DNA of 64,000 bases from Elusimicrobiota bacterium (GCA_043811535.1 JBDRNC010000017.1:160001-224000), one strand, 5' to 3'. Positions 48,426 to 57,531 are shown, counted from the first letter of the stretch. Made by a program: numbers and translations. The notes: a model not told the origin generated them from the letters alone.

Positions 48426-49895
48426 TTAGAGTAAATCTTTAGGAAAGATGTTTCCGATCCCCAAAACGCATGCGGGATCCAGTGTTTTCTTCAGCTCTGC
48501 CATCTCAATGAGAGCTTTCCTGCCCAGCATTCTTTCAAGGTACGCGTGCTTGAGCTTGCCTATCCCGTGTTCCGCGGATATGGTCCCGCCAAGAGAAACC
48601 GCCTTGTCAACCAGCAGAAGATATATTTCCCGGCACTTCGCGTACTGTTTTTCATCGCACGGGAGTAAATTGGCGTGCAGGTGGCTTTCCCCTATGTGGC
48701 CGAATACAAGGTGCCTTATATCATGTTGTTCAAGGAGTTCGTAAATATGGCGTATCATCTGTTTTAAATTGGCGTCCGGAACGGCAAAATCAGTGCCGGT
48801 TTTCGGGAATTTGTTCGCCTTGACTATCTCATTGACCTTTTCCGGAAGCCGGTGCCTGAATTCCCTGAAGGATTCATTATCCTTGGGCGCGCTTGAAAAC
48901 CAGACGTCTTCAAGCGGGGAGCCGTGCTTCTCCAGCAATGAGCTCCATTCCGTTATCACTGCGTCCTCGCCGCCGCCGTGTATCTCCTGTTCGAAAAATA
49001 TCGCGGCTTTCGCTGAAGACGGTATGTGCGGGTAATCGGATTTCAGCAGGCGCAGAGCTTCTTCGTCAAAATATTCCAGCGAAAGCGGGCTAAGCGAACC
49101 TGATTTTCCGGCTCTTTTCGCGTTCGCCGCGAAATCCCAGGCGTTTTCCGGTTTCCCGAAAAACGCGACTCCGCCAAGCATCTTTTCGGCCTGCGGAATC
49201 AGGGATACTTCGATTTCCGTGATGACTCCGAGCGTTCCCTCGTGGCCGATGAAAAGGTCTATCAGGTCGGCGCCCGGATAATTGAAATATCCAGCGGCGT
49301 TTTTTATCACAGGCAGCCTGTAGGAAGGAAGCATTACGGTGTCGGGTTTGGCCGCCGGCAGGATTATCTTCCCGCTTTTATCAGCGAATATCTCTCCGCG
49401 TTTTATGTCCAGAATTTCCCCGCCGGAAAGGACTACCTTCAGCCGTTTAACGTATTTTCTGGTAGAACCGTACTTAAGCCCCCTGCTGCCCGACGCGTTC
49501 GTTGATACGTTTCCGCCTATCCATGAATTCTGTTCCGTGGGATCCGGCGGATACATCCATCCTTCTTTTTGGACGGTGTTTTTCAAATCCTTGATACTCA
49601 ATCCGGGCTGGACGACGGCCGCGGCTTCGTTCGGGCCCGTTTTCTTAAGTTCAATGAAACGGTTGAGGTTTTCAAGCGACAGGACTGCGCCGCCGAAAGG
49701 TATGCGCCCGCCTGTCACGCCCGTGCCGGCTCCTGAAACTGTAACCGGCGTTTTTTTTGAAGATGCTTCTTTAAGAAAATCCGCAACGTCGCGCTCATCC
49801 CCGGGGATGGCCACCTGTTCGGCATGGCCGCCCAGAAGGCCGGATTCGTCTTCAAAATAGGACTGGATGATGTCGGGATCGGTTTTTATGATCAT
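48426..49895 (-). CDS. FAD-linked oxidase (GlcD / D-lactate dehydrogenase-like)
   Basis: GAGTGVTGG, PDP, IGGNVSTNASG, EGTLGVITE, SAEHGIG; start ATG 49895. Confidence 0.88.
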   Translation of the reverse strand: MIIKTDPDIIQSYFEDESGLLGGHAEQVAIPGDERDVADFLKEASSKKTPVTVSGAGTGVTGGRIPFGGAVLSLENLNRFIELKKTGPNEAAAVVQPGLSIKDLKNTVQKEGWMYPPDPTEQNSWIGGNVSTNASGSRGLKYGSTRKYVKRLKVVLSGGEILDIKRGEIFADKSGKIILPAAKPDTVMLPSYRLPVIKNAAGYFNYPGADLIDLFIGHEGTLGVITEIEVSLIPQAEKMLGGVAFFGKPENAWDFAANAKRAGKSGSLSPLSLEYFDEEALRLLKSDYPHIPSSAKAAIFFEQEIHGGGEDAVITEWSSLLEKHGSPLEDVWFSSAPKDNESFREFRHRLPEKVNEIVKANKFPKTGTDFAVPDANLKQMIRHIYELLEQHDIRHLVFGHIGESHLHANLLPCDEKQYAKCREIYLLLVDKAVSLGGTISAEHGIGKLKHAYLERMLGRKALIEMAELKKTLDPACVLGIGNIFPKDLL

Positions 49896-49904
49896 AATAT
49901 ATAG

Positions 49905-50072
49905 CAAGCTCGAAATCCGAAACACTCCCGCTACAGCGGGACTTCATAAAGAAAATATCGGAGGTCGGAAATCCGAAACAAAATGCAAACGACAAAGTTT
50001 AATTTAATTAAAGGCTTTTATATTTATATGTGAGTAATTTCCTTCGAGCTTCGAATTTCGATATTCGAGTTT
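49905..50072. repeat. Heptamer-repeat inverted element (TCGAAAT type) with nested palindrome
   Basis: ctcgaaatccgaaac (interrupted by tcccgctacagcggga) ... ttcgagc ttcgaat ttcgata ttcgagt. Confidence 0.65.
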
Positions 50073-50081
50073 GTCTTAAGG

Positions 50082-52511
50082 TTATCGAAGTGTTGCGCCG
50101 AGCTCGTTTTTAAGCGCGGCGACTATTTCATCCACCGATTTGTTTACTTCCGTGTCGGTGAGCGTGCGTTCGGAGTGGCGGAATGCCAAATGGAGGGTGT
50201 AACTTGTATTATCCTTGCCTATCTTTGCAGCGTCCCTGTAAACGTCGGTCAGTTCGAATTCGGAGAGAATAACGTTCTTCCTGGCAAAATCCGCGAGAAG
50301 GCCGGAAACCTTGTCAAAAGCGATATAATTTGAAGCCATGATCGAAAGGTCTCGCTTAACGGAAGGGAAACGAATCAGTGTCTTATACTGGCCTGTTTTC
50401 CTGTTCCAGACCTTGTTAAGGATTTCCAGGTCAAGTTCAGTATAGTAAACCGTGCTTTCTGTGAGTTCAGGGACGTCGGCCGAGAACAATACTCCGAAAA
50501 ATCCAGCTTCCTTGCCGTTCACCCGTACCGAGCAGGATTTCCCCGGATGCATGAACGGAGGCAGTTTTCCTTCGGCGTGGCAAACGATATTGTTCCCCGA
50601 AAGCGCGTCCTGGACCGCTCCTTTCATGAAATAGAAGCCGGCGTCGGCGCTTTCTTTCTCTTTCTCAGCCCACCATTCGGGACGAATTTTTCCGGAGAAG
50701 AGCGCTCCGAGGTATCTTTTCTCGCCTTCCTGAAGAAAGACATTTCCGGTCTCGAAAAGTTTGACGTCATTGTTGCCGAGAAACTTGTTCAGGATGAAAT
50801 TTTTCAGCATCCCGGGGAGCAGCGACGTCCTGAGCACCTCGTTCTCTTTAGAGATAGGGTTTGAAATCCTTTCAATGACCGGTAGTCCCAGGTTCAAAAG
50901 GCTTTTTTCCTCAAGAAAACTGTAGTTGAGTGTTTCTGAAAAACCCAGGGCGATGAGCCTTTCGGAAATCACCGCTTCCGCGCTCTTTTCTTCCCTCCCC
51001 TTATCGGGGTCAAGAGTTATAGGCGCTATAGTCGTAGGAATTTTGTCGTAACCGTTTATGCGGGCCACTTCCTCTATCAGGTCAACTTCCTGCGCGATAT
51101 CAAGCCTCCATGACGGCGGCTCAACCTGGAAATCAGTTTCGGCACACTTTACCCCGTTAGAAGTAAGTCCCATTTTGGGACTGCCAATGTCCGAGGATAT
51201 GGGACTTCTAACGGGGTTAATCTTCATTCCGAGTGATTCAAGAATCCTGCGTATCTCCGGATCAGGAATTTCCATCCCGAGCAATTGGGACACTTTATTG
51301 GGCCGCAGGACTATCTTTGCGGGTTTATATTCCGCCGCGATTTTGTCGGTCCTGTGAGCTGGTTTTCCGCCGGCAAGCTGGACGATGAGGTTCATCGCCC
51401 TCCAGGCGGCAAGCTCCGCGCCTTCCCATGATATCCCCCGTTCAAACCTGTATGAGGCGTCGGTGGAAAGCGCCAGCGCCTTGGACGTCCTGCGGATGCT
51501 TTTCGGGAGGAATACCGCGCTTTCAAGTATGATATTTTTCGTTTTCTGAGTGACGCCTGAGTTTTCGCCGCCCATCACGCCGGCTATCGCCTGCGCCTTT
51601 TCCGCGTCGGCGATGACAAGCATGGTTTCGGTAAGAGGGTATTCCTTTCCGTCCAGCGCGAGGATTTTTTCGCCTTTTTTCGCGGTTCGCACTACAACCT
51701 CGCCTTTCGCCATGACGCCGGTGTCAAAGGCGTGAAGCGGGTGGCCGAGTTCAATAAGCACGTAATTAGTAATGTCAACGATATTGTTTATCGGCCTGAT
51801 GCCGCATCTTTCAAGTTTCTTGGCCAGCCAGTCCGGAGAGGGTTTAACTTCCACGCCGTTGATGAGATACCCGATGTAGCGGCTGCAGAGGTCCGGGTTT
51901 TCTATCGTTATTTTCAGCCCGCGGGGCAGTTCCGTCTTGTTGATTTCCGGCAGTTTCAGAGGTTTACCCAGTTTTGCGGCTATCTCGCGCGCTACGCCCC
52001 AGTGGCTCAGGCAGTCGGGCCTGTTGGTGGTTATCTCTATCTCTATGATAGAATCGCTGGCGTCGATTACCTGTTCAAGGGGTTTTCCCAGAGGCGTGTT
52101 TTCCGGCAGCACCATGATGCCCGCCGCCTCGCCACTCAGGCCCAGCTCTTTTTCGGAACAGATCATTCCTTCCGATTCGACGCCGCGTATTTTCGCTTTT
52201 TTTATCTGAAAACCGCCCTGAAGCTCCGATCCAATCACGGCGAGCGCCACAATCTGCCCTGCCGCGACGTTCGGGGCCCCGCAAACGACGGAGTAATTGT
52301 TTTTTCCGTCCGTGACCGAGCAGAGTGAAAGCTTGTCTGCGTTGGGATGCGCGTTCCTTTCAAGGACTTTCGCCGTAACGATGCCTTTCCAGCCGGCCCC
52401 GGACGAGACCACGTTCGCCTCCACCGCGTTGAACGTGAGCAAATCCGCTATCTCTTTAGGGGATTGCGTGAAATCGACGAATTCTTTGAGCCAGTTGTAA
52501 GATAATCTCAT
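50082..52511 (-). CDS. pheT: Phenylalanine--tRNA ligase beta subunit (with in-frame insertion)
   Basis: HPNADKL, RGVESEGMICS, NRPDCLS, DLIEEVARINGY, FDX-ACB C-terminus. Confidence 0.97.
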   Translation of the reverse strand: MRLSYNWLKEFVDFTQSPKEIADLLTFNAVEANVVSSGAGWKGIVTAKVLERNAHPNADKLSLCSVTDGKNNYSVVCGAPNVAAGQIVALAVIGSELQGGFQIKKAKIRGVESEGMICSEKELGLSGEAAGIMVLPENTPLGKPLEQVIDASDSIIEIEITTNRPDCLSHWGVAREIAAKLGKPLKLPEINKTELPRGLKITIENPDLCSRYIGYLINGVEVKPSPDWLAKKLERCGIRPINNIVDITNYVLIELGHPLHAFDTGVMAKGEVVVRTAKKGEKILALDGKEYPLTETMLVIADAEKAQAIAGVMGGENSGVTQKTKNIILESAVFLPKSIRRTSKALALSTDASYRFERGISWEGAELAAWRAMNLIVQLAGGKPAHRTDKIAAEYKPAKIVLRPNKVSQLLGMEIPDPEIRRILESLGMKINPVRSPISSDIGSPKMGLTSNGVKCAETDFQVEPPSWRLDIAQEVDLIEEVARINGYDKIPTTIAPITLDPDKGREEKSAEAVISERLIALGFSETLNYSFLEEKSLLNLGLPVIERISNPISKENEVLRTSLLPGMLKNFILNKFLGNNDVKLFETGNVFLQEGEKRYLGALFSGKIRPEWWAEKEKESADAGFYFMKGAVQDALSGNNIVCHAEGKLPPFMHPGKSCSVRVNGKEAGFFGVLFSADVPELTESTVYYTELDLEILNKVWNRKTGQYKTLIRFPSVKRDLSIMASNYIAFDKVSGLLADFARKNVILSEFELTDVYRDAAKIGKDNTSYTLHLAFRHSERTLTDTEVNKSVDEIVAALKNELGATLR
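51151..51217. mobile_element. Palindromic MITE-like element inserted in-frame in pheT
   Basis: Perfect 14-bp inverted repeats accccgttagaagt / acttctaacggggt, internal hairpin agtccca..tgggact. Confidence 0.8.
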
Positions 52512-52516
52512 AAAAG

Positions 52517-52600
52517 TTGTGTAATGTTAAATGTGTGATGTGTAATGAATTTGGAAGTCGTAACGGACGTTTTCATTACACATTACACTTAAAACATCAA
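52517..52600. repeat. Heptamer-repeat inverted hairpin (ATTACAC type)
   Basis: tgtgtaa tgttaaa tgtgtga tgtgtaa tgaa ... ttcattacacattacac. Confidence 0.8.
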
Positions 52601-52610
52601 GCTATGTTAT

Positions 52611-53633
52611 TCAGAACTGTTTCAAAAACTGCATGTTGCCTTCGTAAAACAGTCTTATATCTTCAATGCCGTATTTAAAGAGCGTCAGTCTTTCAACCCC
52701 GAGCCCGAAAGCGTACCCGGTGTATTTTTCCGTGTCGTATTTCACGGCTTTGAAAACATTGGGATGTACCATGCCGCAGCCGAGCATCTCAAGCCATCCT
52801 GTATGTTTGCAGACGCGGCATCCCTTGCCTCCGCATATCGTGCACTGGACGTCCATGTCGGCCGACGGTTCCGTGAAGGGATAATAAGACGGCCTGAACC
52901 TGACTTTGATTCCTGAACCGAAATAGCGGTGTATAAAAAGCATGAGCGTGCCTTTAAGGTCGGCGAAAGTAACGTTTTCGTCCACAAGCAGGCCTTCAAC
53001 CTGGTGGAACATGGCCTCGTGGCAGGCGTCGGTGGCTTCGTTGCGGAAGATCCTGCCCGGTGAGAGGATCTTTAGCGGAGGTTTTTGTTTCTCCATGACG
53101 CGTATTTGCATTGGTGAGGTCTGGGTGCGCAGCAGGCGTTTCTTGTCCGCGAGATAGAAAGTGTCCTGCGAGTCCCTCGCGGGGTGGTCGGCGTGAATGT
53201 TGAGCGCTTCGAAATTATACCAGTCGGTCTCTATCTCGGGGCCCTCAGCGACCGTGAAACCCAGAGATTCGAATATCGCGCAGATCTCTTTGATGGTCCG
53301 GGTAGTGGGATGCACGTGCCCCGCCTCAAAAGGCAGAGGCGGCAAAGATACGTCTATTTTTTCGGTTAGCAGTTTGGACGAGAACAGGCTTTTTCTGAGA
53401 CTGGATGTTTTTTCCTTCAGCAGGTTTTCAAGTTCTTCGCGGAGCAGGTTGGCCTTTTCGCCGGTGGATTTGCGTTCTTCAATGGCAAGGGCCGAAAGCC
53501 CGCGCAGTATCTCGGTAAGTTTCCCTTTTCTGCCCAGGAACGCGACCTTAAGCGCTTCGGCCTCTTCTATCGTCCCGGCTTTTTCAAGCTGGCCGGCGAA
53601 TTCAGCGCGGATGGATTCAAGGTTTTTCAACAT
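52611..53633 (-). CDS. pheS: Phenylalanine--tRNA ligase alpha subunit
   Basis: HPARDSQDTF, LRTQTS, FHQVEG, YPFTEPS, FGLGVERL. Confidence 0.97.
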   Translation of the reverse strand: MLKNLESIRAEFAGQLEKAGTIEEAEALKVAFLGRKGKLTEILRGLSALAIEERKSTGEKANLLREELENLLKEKTSSLRKSLFSSKLLTEKIDVSLPPLPFEAGHVHPTTRTIKEICAIFESLGFTVAEGPEIETDWYNFEALNIHADHPARDSQDTFYLADKKRLLRTQTSPMQIRVMEKQKPPLKILSPGRIFRNEATDACHEAMFHQVEGLLVDENVTFADLKGTLMLFIHRYFGSGIKVRFRPSYYPFTEPSADMDVQCTICGGKGCRVCKHTGWLEMLGCGMVHPNVFKAVKYDTEKYTGYAFGLGVERLTLFKYGIEDIRLFYEGNMQFLKQF

Positions 53634-53916
53634 CTTTTATCCCTATTAGTTTATTCAGGTGTTCGCGCGCTTTCTTGTACTTGGTGTCTATCGCGAGAGC
53701 TTTTTCGTACATATCGCGGGCTTCTTCGGACATGTTCCTGTTCTCGTAGATGAGCCCGAGATTGTAATAGGTTTCCGGATTGCCCGGGTTCAATTCGAGG
53801 GCTTTCTTGAATTCCCCTATCGCTTCCTCGTACTTGCTGTTAAGGAAATAAAATTTGGCGAGCTCCAGAATTTCCGATTCCGCTCCGCTGGAACTTGTTT
53901 TTCTATGTTTAGCCAT
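53617..53916 (-). CDS. Small TPR protein
   Basis: YEEAIGEFKKALELNP, YYNLGLIY, YEKALAID. Confidence 0.85.
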   Translation of the reverse strand: MAKHRKTSSSGAESEILELAKFYFLNSKYEEAIGEFKKALELNPGNPETYYNLGLIYENRNMSEEARDMYEKALAIDTKYKKAREHLNKLIGIKDVEKP

Positions 53917-53929
53917 TTATTAAACTCTC

Positions 53930-54625
53930 CTATTCAACGCTTTTTAACTGTTTCAGGTCGGAATCTTTCCCGACAAGCACCAGTACGTCATTTTCCTTTA
54001 TTTCGTCCTCTGCGGCCGGGTTGATGTTTATCTCGGTCTTTATATCGGTTTCCCCGTCATCCGTTATTATGGGCGTCGGGCGCTTGAGGGCGATGACGTT
54101 GACCTTGTATAACGCGCGGAGTTCCGATTCCTTGATAGTATTATTCCAGAACTTTTTCGGGGCAAGCAGTTCTATTATATTATATTCGGGCGAAAGCTCG
54201 ATCTCCTCGAGTATGTTCGGGGATATCAGGCCTTCGGCGAGCTTCCTGGCCATTTCCCTTTCCGGATATATGACCTTGTCAACGCCGAGCTTCGCCAGTA
54301 TCTGGGCGTGAAGCAAATTGATGCTCTTGGCGATGATGGTTTTGACCCCGAGCTCCCTCAGGAGGACCGCTATGAGTATGCTGCTTTCCATGCTTTCGCC
54401 GATGGCTATTATCGCCACGTCCATGTCTTTTATTCCCAGCGCGCGCAGTGTTTTTTCATCAGTCGCGTCAGCGACCACGGCCTGCGTTACGAGCGCGGAG
54501 ATATCCTTGACCTTTTCCTCGTTATTATCGATCGCGAGAACCTGCGCGCCTTTGGCAGAAAGCTCGGTGGCGACGTGCGAACCGAACGTACCCATCCCAA
54601 TGACGGCGAATTGTCTCTTTTTCAT
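53930..54625 (-). CDS. ktrA: Ktr/Trk K+ uptake regulatory (RCK) subunit
   Basis: GMGTFG Rossmann motif, YPEREMA, TrkA-C domain; start ATG 54625 after GAGGTG. Confidence 0.88.
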   Translation of the reverse strand: MKKRQFAVIGMGTFGSHVATELSAKGAQVLAIDNNEEKVKDISALVTQAVVADATDEKTLRALGIKDMDVAIIAIGESMESSILIAVLLRELGVKTIIAKSINLLHAQILAKLGVDKVIYPEREMARKLAEGLISPNILEEIELSPEYNIIELLAPKKFWNNTIKESELRALYKVNVIALKRPTPIITDDGETDIKTEININPAAEDEIKENDVLVLVGKDSDLKQLKSVE

Positions 54626-54646
54626 TTTTTTCACCTCTATTAATAG

Positions 54647-54738
54647 TCCACCTTCGCCCTGCACGGCGGGGCTACGGCGGATTTCAGCTTGCTGTGAACG
54701 TCTTATTCAAATGCGGGCTTGTGCCCGCAGAGCTTCAA
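54647..54738. repeat. ~92-bp dispersed palindromic element, copy B
   Basis: Aligns with copies at 47617 and 57439; contains the ktrB TGA stop. Confidence 0.85.
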
Positions 54739-56051
54739 CCGATCAGTACCCGTTCTTCAGGGAACTTGTACGGGATATCTTCGTCTCTCTGAAGGAACGC
54801 TATGCCTATCGTGAGGGCGCCCAGTCTGCCTATCAGCATAGTTGAGAGTATAAGCGCCTTGCCCGCGGTTGAAAGCTTGGGAGTAATACCGGTGCTGAAA
54901 CCGACCGTTCCGAGCGCCGAAGTTACCTCAAATACAACATCCAAGAACCTGAAATTCTCTATATAAAAAATCACGCCGGAAAAAACAAAAAGCGCAGTAA
55001 GCGCGAGAAACGAAATGGCCATGCATTTTTTGACTATTTCGCTGGATATCCTTGAACCCATCAGGTTCGTATCCTGCCGCCCGCGGACAACCGACCACGT
55101 TGCGGCGACAAGTATGGAGAAAGTCGTCGTCTTTATTCCGCCGCCCGTGCTCCCGGGGGATGCCCCGACGTACATGAGATAGATTATCAATAGGAGCGTT
55201 AGTTCCCTCATTGCCCCTATTGGCAGCGAATTGAATCCTGCGGTTCGCGGCGCCACGGCCTGGAAAAACGAGGACAGTATTTTTTCTCCGAAAGTCAGCC
55301 GTCCGAGCGTCTGGTAGTTCGAGTACTCCGCGATGAAAATAAGCAGAGCCGCGGCTAAGATGAGGATTGCGCTTGAAGAAAGGGCTATCCTGGAATGCGT
55401 GGAAAGCTTCCTGCCCCGGCCAATGCGCGAAAGTTCGTTAATGACGATATACCCTATACCGCCGGAGAATATCAGGACCATCACGGTTGTCAGCACCAAG
55501 TAATTATCCTTAAATCCCTCAAGGCTGTTGGACCAGAGTCCCAGCCCGCAGTTATTGAATGCCGAAATCGAGTGGAACATCCCGTAATAAAGCGCCTGCG
55601 GGAGACTCATCTTCGACAGGAAACAAAACGTCAAAATAACCGTCCCCACGGTCTCAAATATCAATGTGATGAGAAAGATCCTGAAAAGCAGGTACTTTAT
55701 TCCTTCAAAGGACTCTATGTCTATGACTTCCTTGATTATCAGCTTGTCCTTCAGCGACACCTTCCCGAGAAAAGCGGCTATAATGGTTGCCAGCGTCATG
55801 TAGCCGAGTCCGCCGATGGACATCAGGATGAGCAGGACAATCTGGCCGAAAAGACTGTAGCTTGCGTTGATGTCCAGGACGCTTAAGCCAGTCACGCATA
55901 CGGCGGACGTTGCCATGAATAACGAGTCTATGAACGCATACTCCTGCCCGCTTTTATGCGCGAACGGCGTGTAAAGGAGCAGCGCTCCTGACAGTGTTAT
56001 CGCAAAAAAGAAAAATAACAGGAACTGTGACGGCTTTAAACTTTTAAACAT
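54735..56051 (-). CDS. ktrB: Ktr/TrkH K+ uptake membrane subunit
   Basis: TSAVCVTGL, SAFNNCG, RTAGF, SPGSTGGGIKTTT, SALGTVG pore loops. Confidence 0.92.
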   Translation of the reverse strand: MFKSLKPSQFLLFFFFAITLSGALLLYTPFAHKSGQEYAFIDSLFMATSAVCVTGLSVLDINASYSLFGQIVLLILMSIGGLGYMTLATIIAAFLGKVSLKDKLIIKEVIDIESFEGIKYLLFRIFLITLIFETVGTVILTFCFLSKMSLPQALYYGMFHSISAFNNCGLGLWSNSLEGFKDNYLVLTTVMVLIFSGGIGYIVINELSRIGRGRKLSTHSRIALSSSAILILAAALLIFIAEYSNYQTLGRLTFGEKILSSFFQAVAPRTAGFNSLPIGAMRELTLLLIIYLMYVGASPGSTGGGIKTTTFSILVAATWSVVRGRQDTNLMGSRISSEIVKKCMAISFLALTALFVFSGVIFYIENFRFLDVVFEVTSALGTVGFSTGITPKLSTAGKALILSTMLIGRLGALTIGIAFLQRDEDIPYKFPEERVLIG

Positions 56052-56081
56052 CTTTTTATATTAGAATCTGTGTAATCGTTT

Positions 56082-56429
56082 TTACGCGTTTTTTGCTATA
56101 TCCGTCAGTTGCTTGAACGCCGCGGTGTCTTTCACGGCGATTTCTGCGAGCATCTTGCGGTCTATGACCACGTTTGCCTTGCGCAGGCCCGCTATGAAAC
56201 GGCTGTAGCTCAAGCCCATCTCGCGAGCGGCGGCGTTAAGCCTCATTATCCAGAGACTTCTGAAGGTGCCCTTTTTGTCCTTGCGGTCTCTGTACGCATA
56301 GCGCAGCGACTTCTCAAGCTGTTGGATGACCATTCTCCACCGGTTCTTCTTGGTGGCGTAGAAACCTTTCGCCATGCGGAAATATTTTTTCTTTTTTTGC
56401 CTCGTGTAAACTGCGTTTTTTACTCGCAT
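56082..56429 (-). CDS. rplT: 50S ribosomal protein L20
   Basis: YAYRDRK, FRSLWIMRLNAA, DRKMLAEIA. Confidence 0.97.
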   Translation of the reverse strand: MRVKNAVYTRQKKKKYFRMAKGFYATKKNRWRMVIQQLEKSLRYAYRDRKDKKGTFRSLWIMRLNAAAREMGLSYSRFIAGLRKANVVIDRKMLAEIAVKDTAAFKQLTDIAKNA

Positions 56430-56460
56430 TTTGAGCTCCTATTCCAGTATTTTTCCATAC

Positions 56461-56497
56461 ATCCTCTCCCCTTGAGGGAGAGGATTGAGGTGAGGGG
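56461..56497. repeat. REP-like palindrome (CCTCTCCC..GGGAGAGG..GAGGTGAGGG)
   Basis: atcctctccc cttga gggagaggat followed by tgaggtgagggg. Confidence 0.6.
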
Positions 56498-56500
56498 TTT

Positions 56501-56698
56501 TCAGCTGTAGGGCATTATCCTTTTCAACAGCTTGCCGTCTTTGTCATTAAGGTATGTGGAATGTCTCAGGTTCCTGCCTCTGTTTGACGACATTCCGGTA
56601 AGAAGATGCCTCAGGCCGGCTTTTTTGTGCTTGACTTTTCCTCTTTTTGAAACGAAAAACCTTTTCTTCGCTCCGCTGTGGGACTTGATTTTAGGCAT
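56501..56698 (-). CDS. rpmI: 50S ribosomal protein L35
   Basis: MPKIKSHSGAKKRF, RHLL; between infC and rplT. Confidence 0.96.
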   Translation of the reverse strand: MPKIKSHSGAKKRFFVSKRGKVKHKKAGLRHLLTGMSSNRGRNLRHSTYLNDKDGKLLKRIMPYS

Positions 56699-56761
56699 TA
56701 TATATCCTCCTCTTATTTGAGCTCAGTGGCCTTATGGCCGACGTATCTTCTATATTTTAGC

Positions 56762-56802
56762 GAAATCCGCCGAAGCTCCGATACATAGGGGCGAAGGCGG
56801 AT
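56762..56802. repeat. Short inverted-orientation copy of the ATCCRCCTTCG...CGGCGGATTTC element
   Basis: gaaatccgccgaagctccg..ggggcgaaggcggat. Confidence 0.7.
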
Positions 56803-56876
56803 AATAAAACTCGCCGTTCAAGAAACTATAAAATAAACGGCGGGTTGGTATTCTGTTTCTCTATGTTTTCAGGAAC

Positions 56877-57395
56877 CTACTTACCTGCTTTTTTGGGTAT
56901 CAGCATCATTATCAGGCGGTTTCCAAACGTAGACGGCCTGCCTTCCATTTCACCGGCGTCATTGAGCGCTATCTTTATCCTCTCGGCCAGAGCCCATCCG
57001 AGGTCCTTGTGCCGGTTCTCTCTGCCCCTGAATACAACGCTTACCTGAACCTTGTTATTCTCAGAAAGGAATTCCTTGGCATGATTAAGTTTTATTTCAA
57101 GGTCGTGCGCGCCTATCCTGGGCGACACTCTTATTTCCTTAAGATGCCCGCCCTTCTGTTTCTTGCGCGCGTCCCTTGACCTTTTTTCCTGTTCATACCG
57201 GAACTTGGAATAGTCTATTATCTTGCATACCGGCGGGGTTGCCGTCGGAGAGATTTCGACAAGGTCAAAACCTTTCGACTGCGCGAGTTGCACGGCCTCG
57301 CTTGTGGGCTTTATGCCTAACTGTGTCCCGTCAACGTCAATGAGCCTTACCTGCGGAATACGGATCTGAAAATTGGATCGAAGTTTCTTATCGAC
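56877..57395 (-). CDS. infC: Translation initiation factor IF-3 (probable non-canonical start)
   Basis: VRLIDVDGTQLG, DLVEISP, PPVCKIIDY, FRGRE; SD AAGGGAGG 5 nt before in-frame GTC at 57393-57395; alternative ATG at 57428. Confidence 0.93.
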   Translation of the reverse strand, partial: VDKKLRSNFQIRIPQVRLIDVDGTQLGIKPTSEAVQLAQSKGFDLVEISPTATPPVCKIIDYSKFRYEQEKRSRDARKKQKGGHLKEIRVSPRIGAHDLEIKLNHAKEFLSENNKVQVSVVFRGRENRHKDLGWALAERIKIALNDAGEMEGRPSTFGNRLIMMLIPKKAGK

Positions 57396-57438
57396 GGCTT
57401 CCTCCCTTACCCCGATGAATCGGGGCATTGTTTAGATA

Positions 57439-57531
57439 ATCCACCTTCGCCCCACACGACGGAGCTACGGCGGATTTCAGCTTGCTGAGAACGACTTATT
57501 CAAATGCCCGATAAATCGGGCAGAGCTTCAA
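57439..57531. repeat. ~92-bp dispersed palindromic element, copy C
   Basis: Aligns with copies at 47617 and 54647. Confidence 0.85.

Noticed and set aside
56052..56081. c-di-AMP riboswitch ahead of ktrB
   Set aside because: The gap is only 30 bp
9769..57428. Extended N-termini in the ORF track (clpC, ilvE, slt, GNAT, holA, leuS, rarA, FAD oxidase, ktrA, infC)
   Set aside because: The extensions run through intergenic repeats or neighbouring genes; downstream starts match family N-termini and/or SD positions
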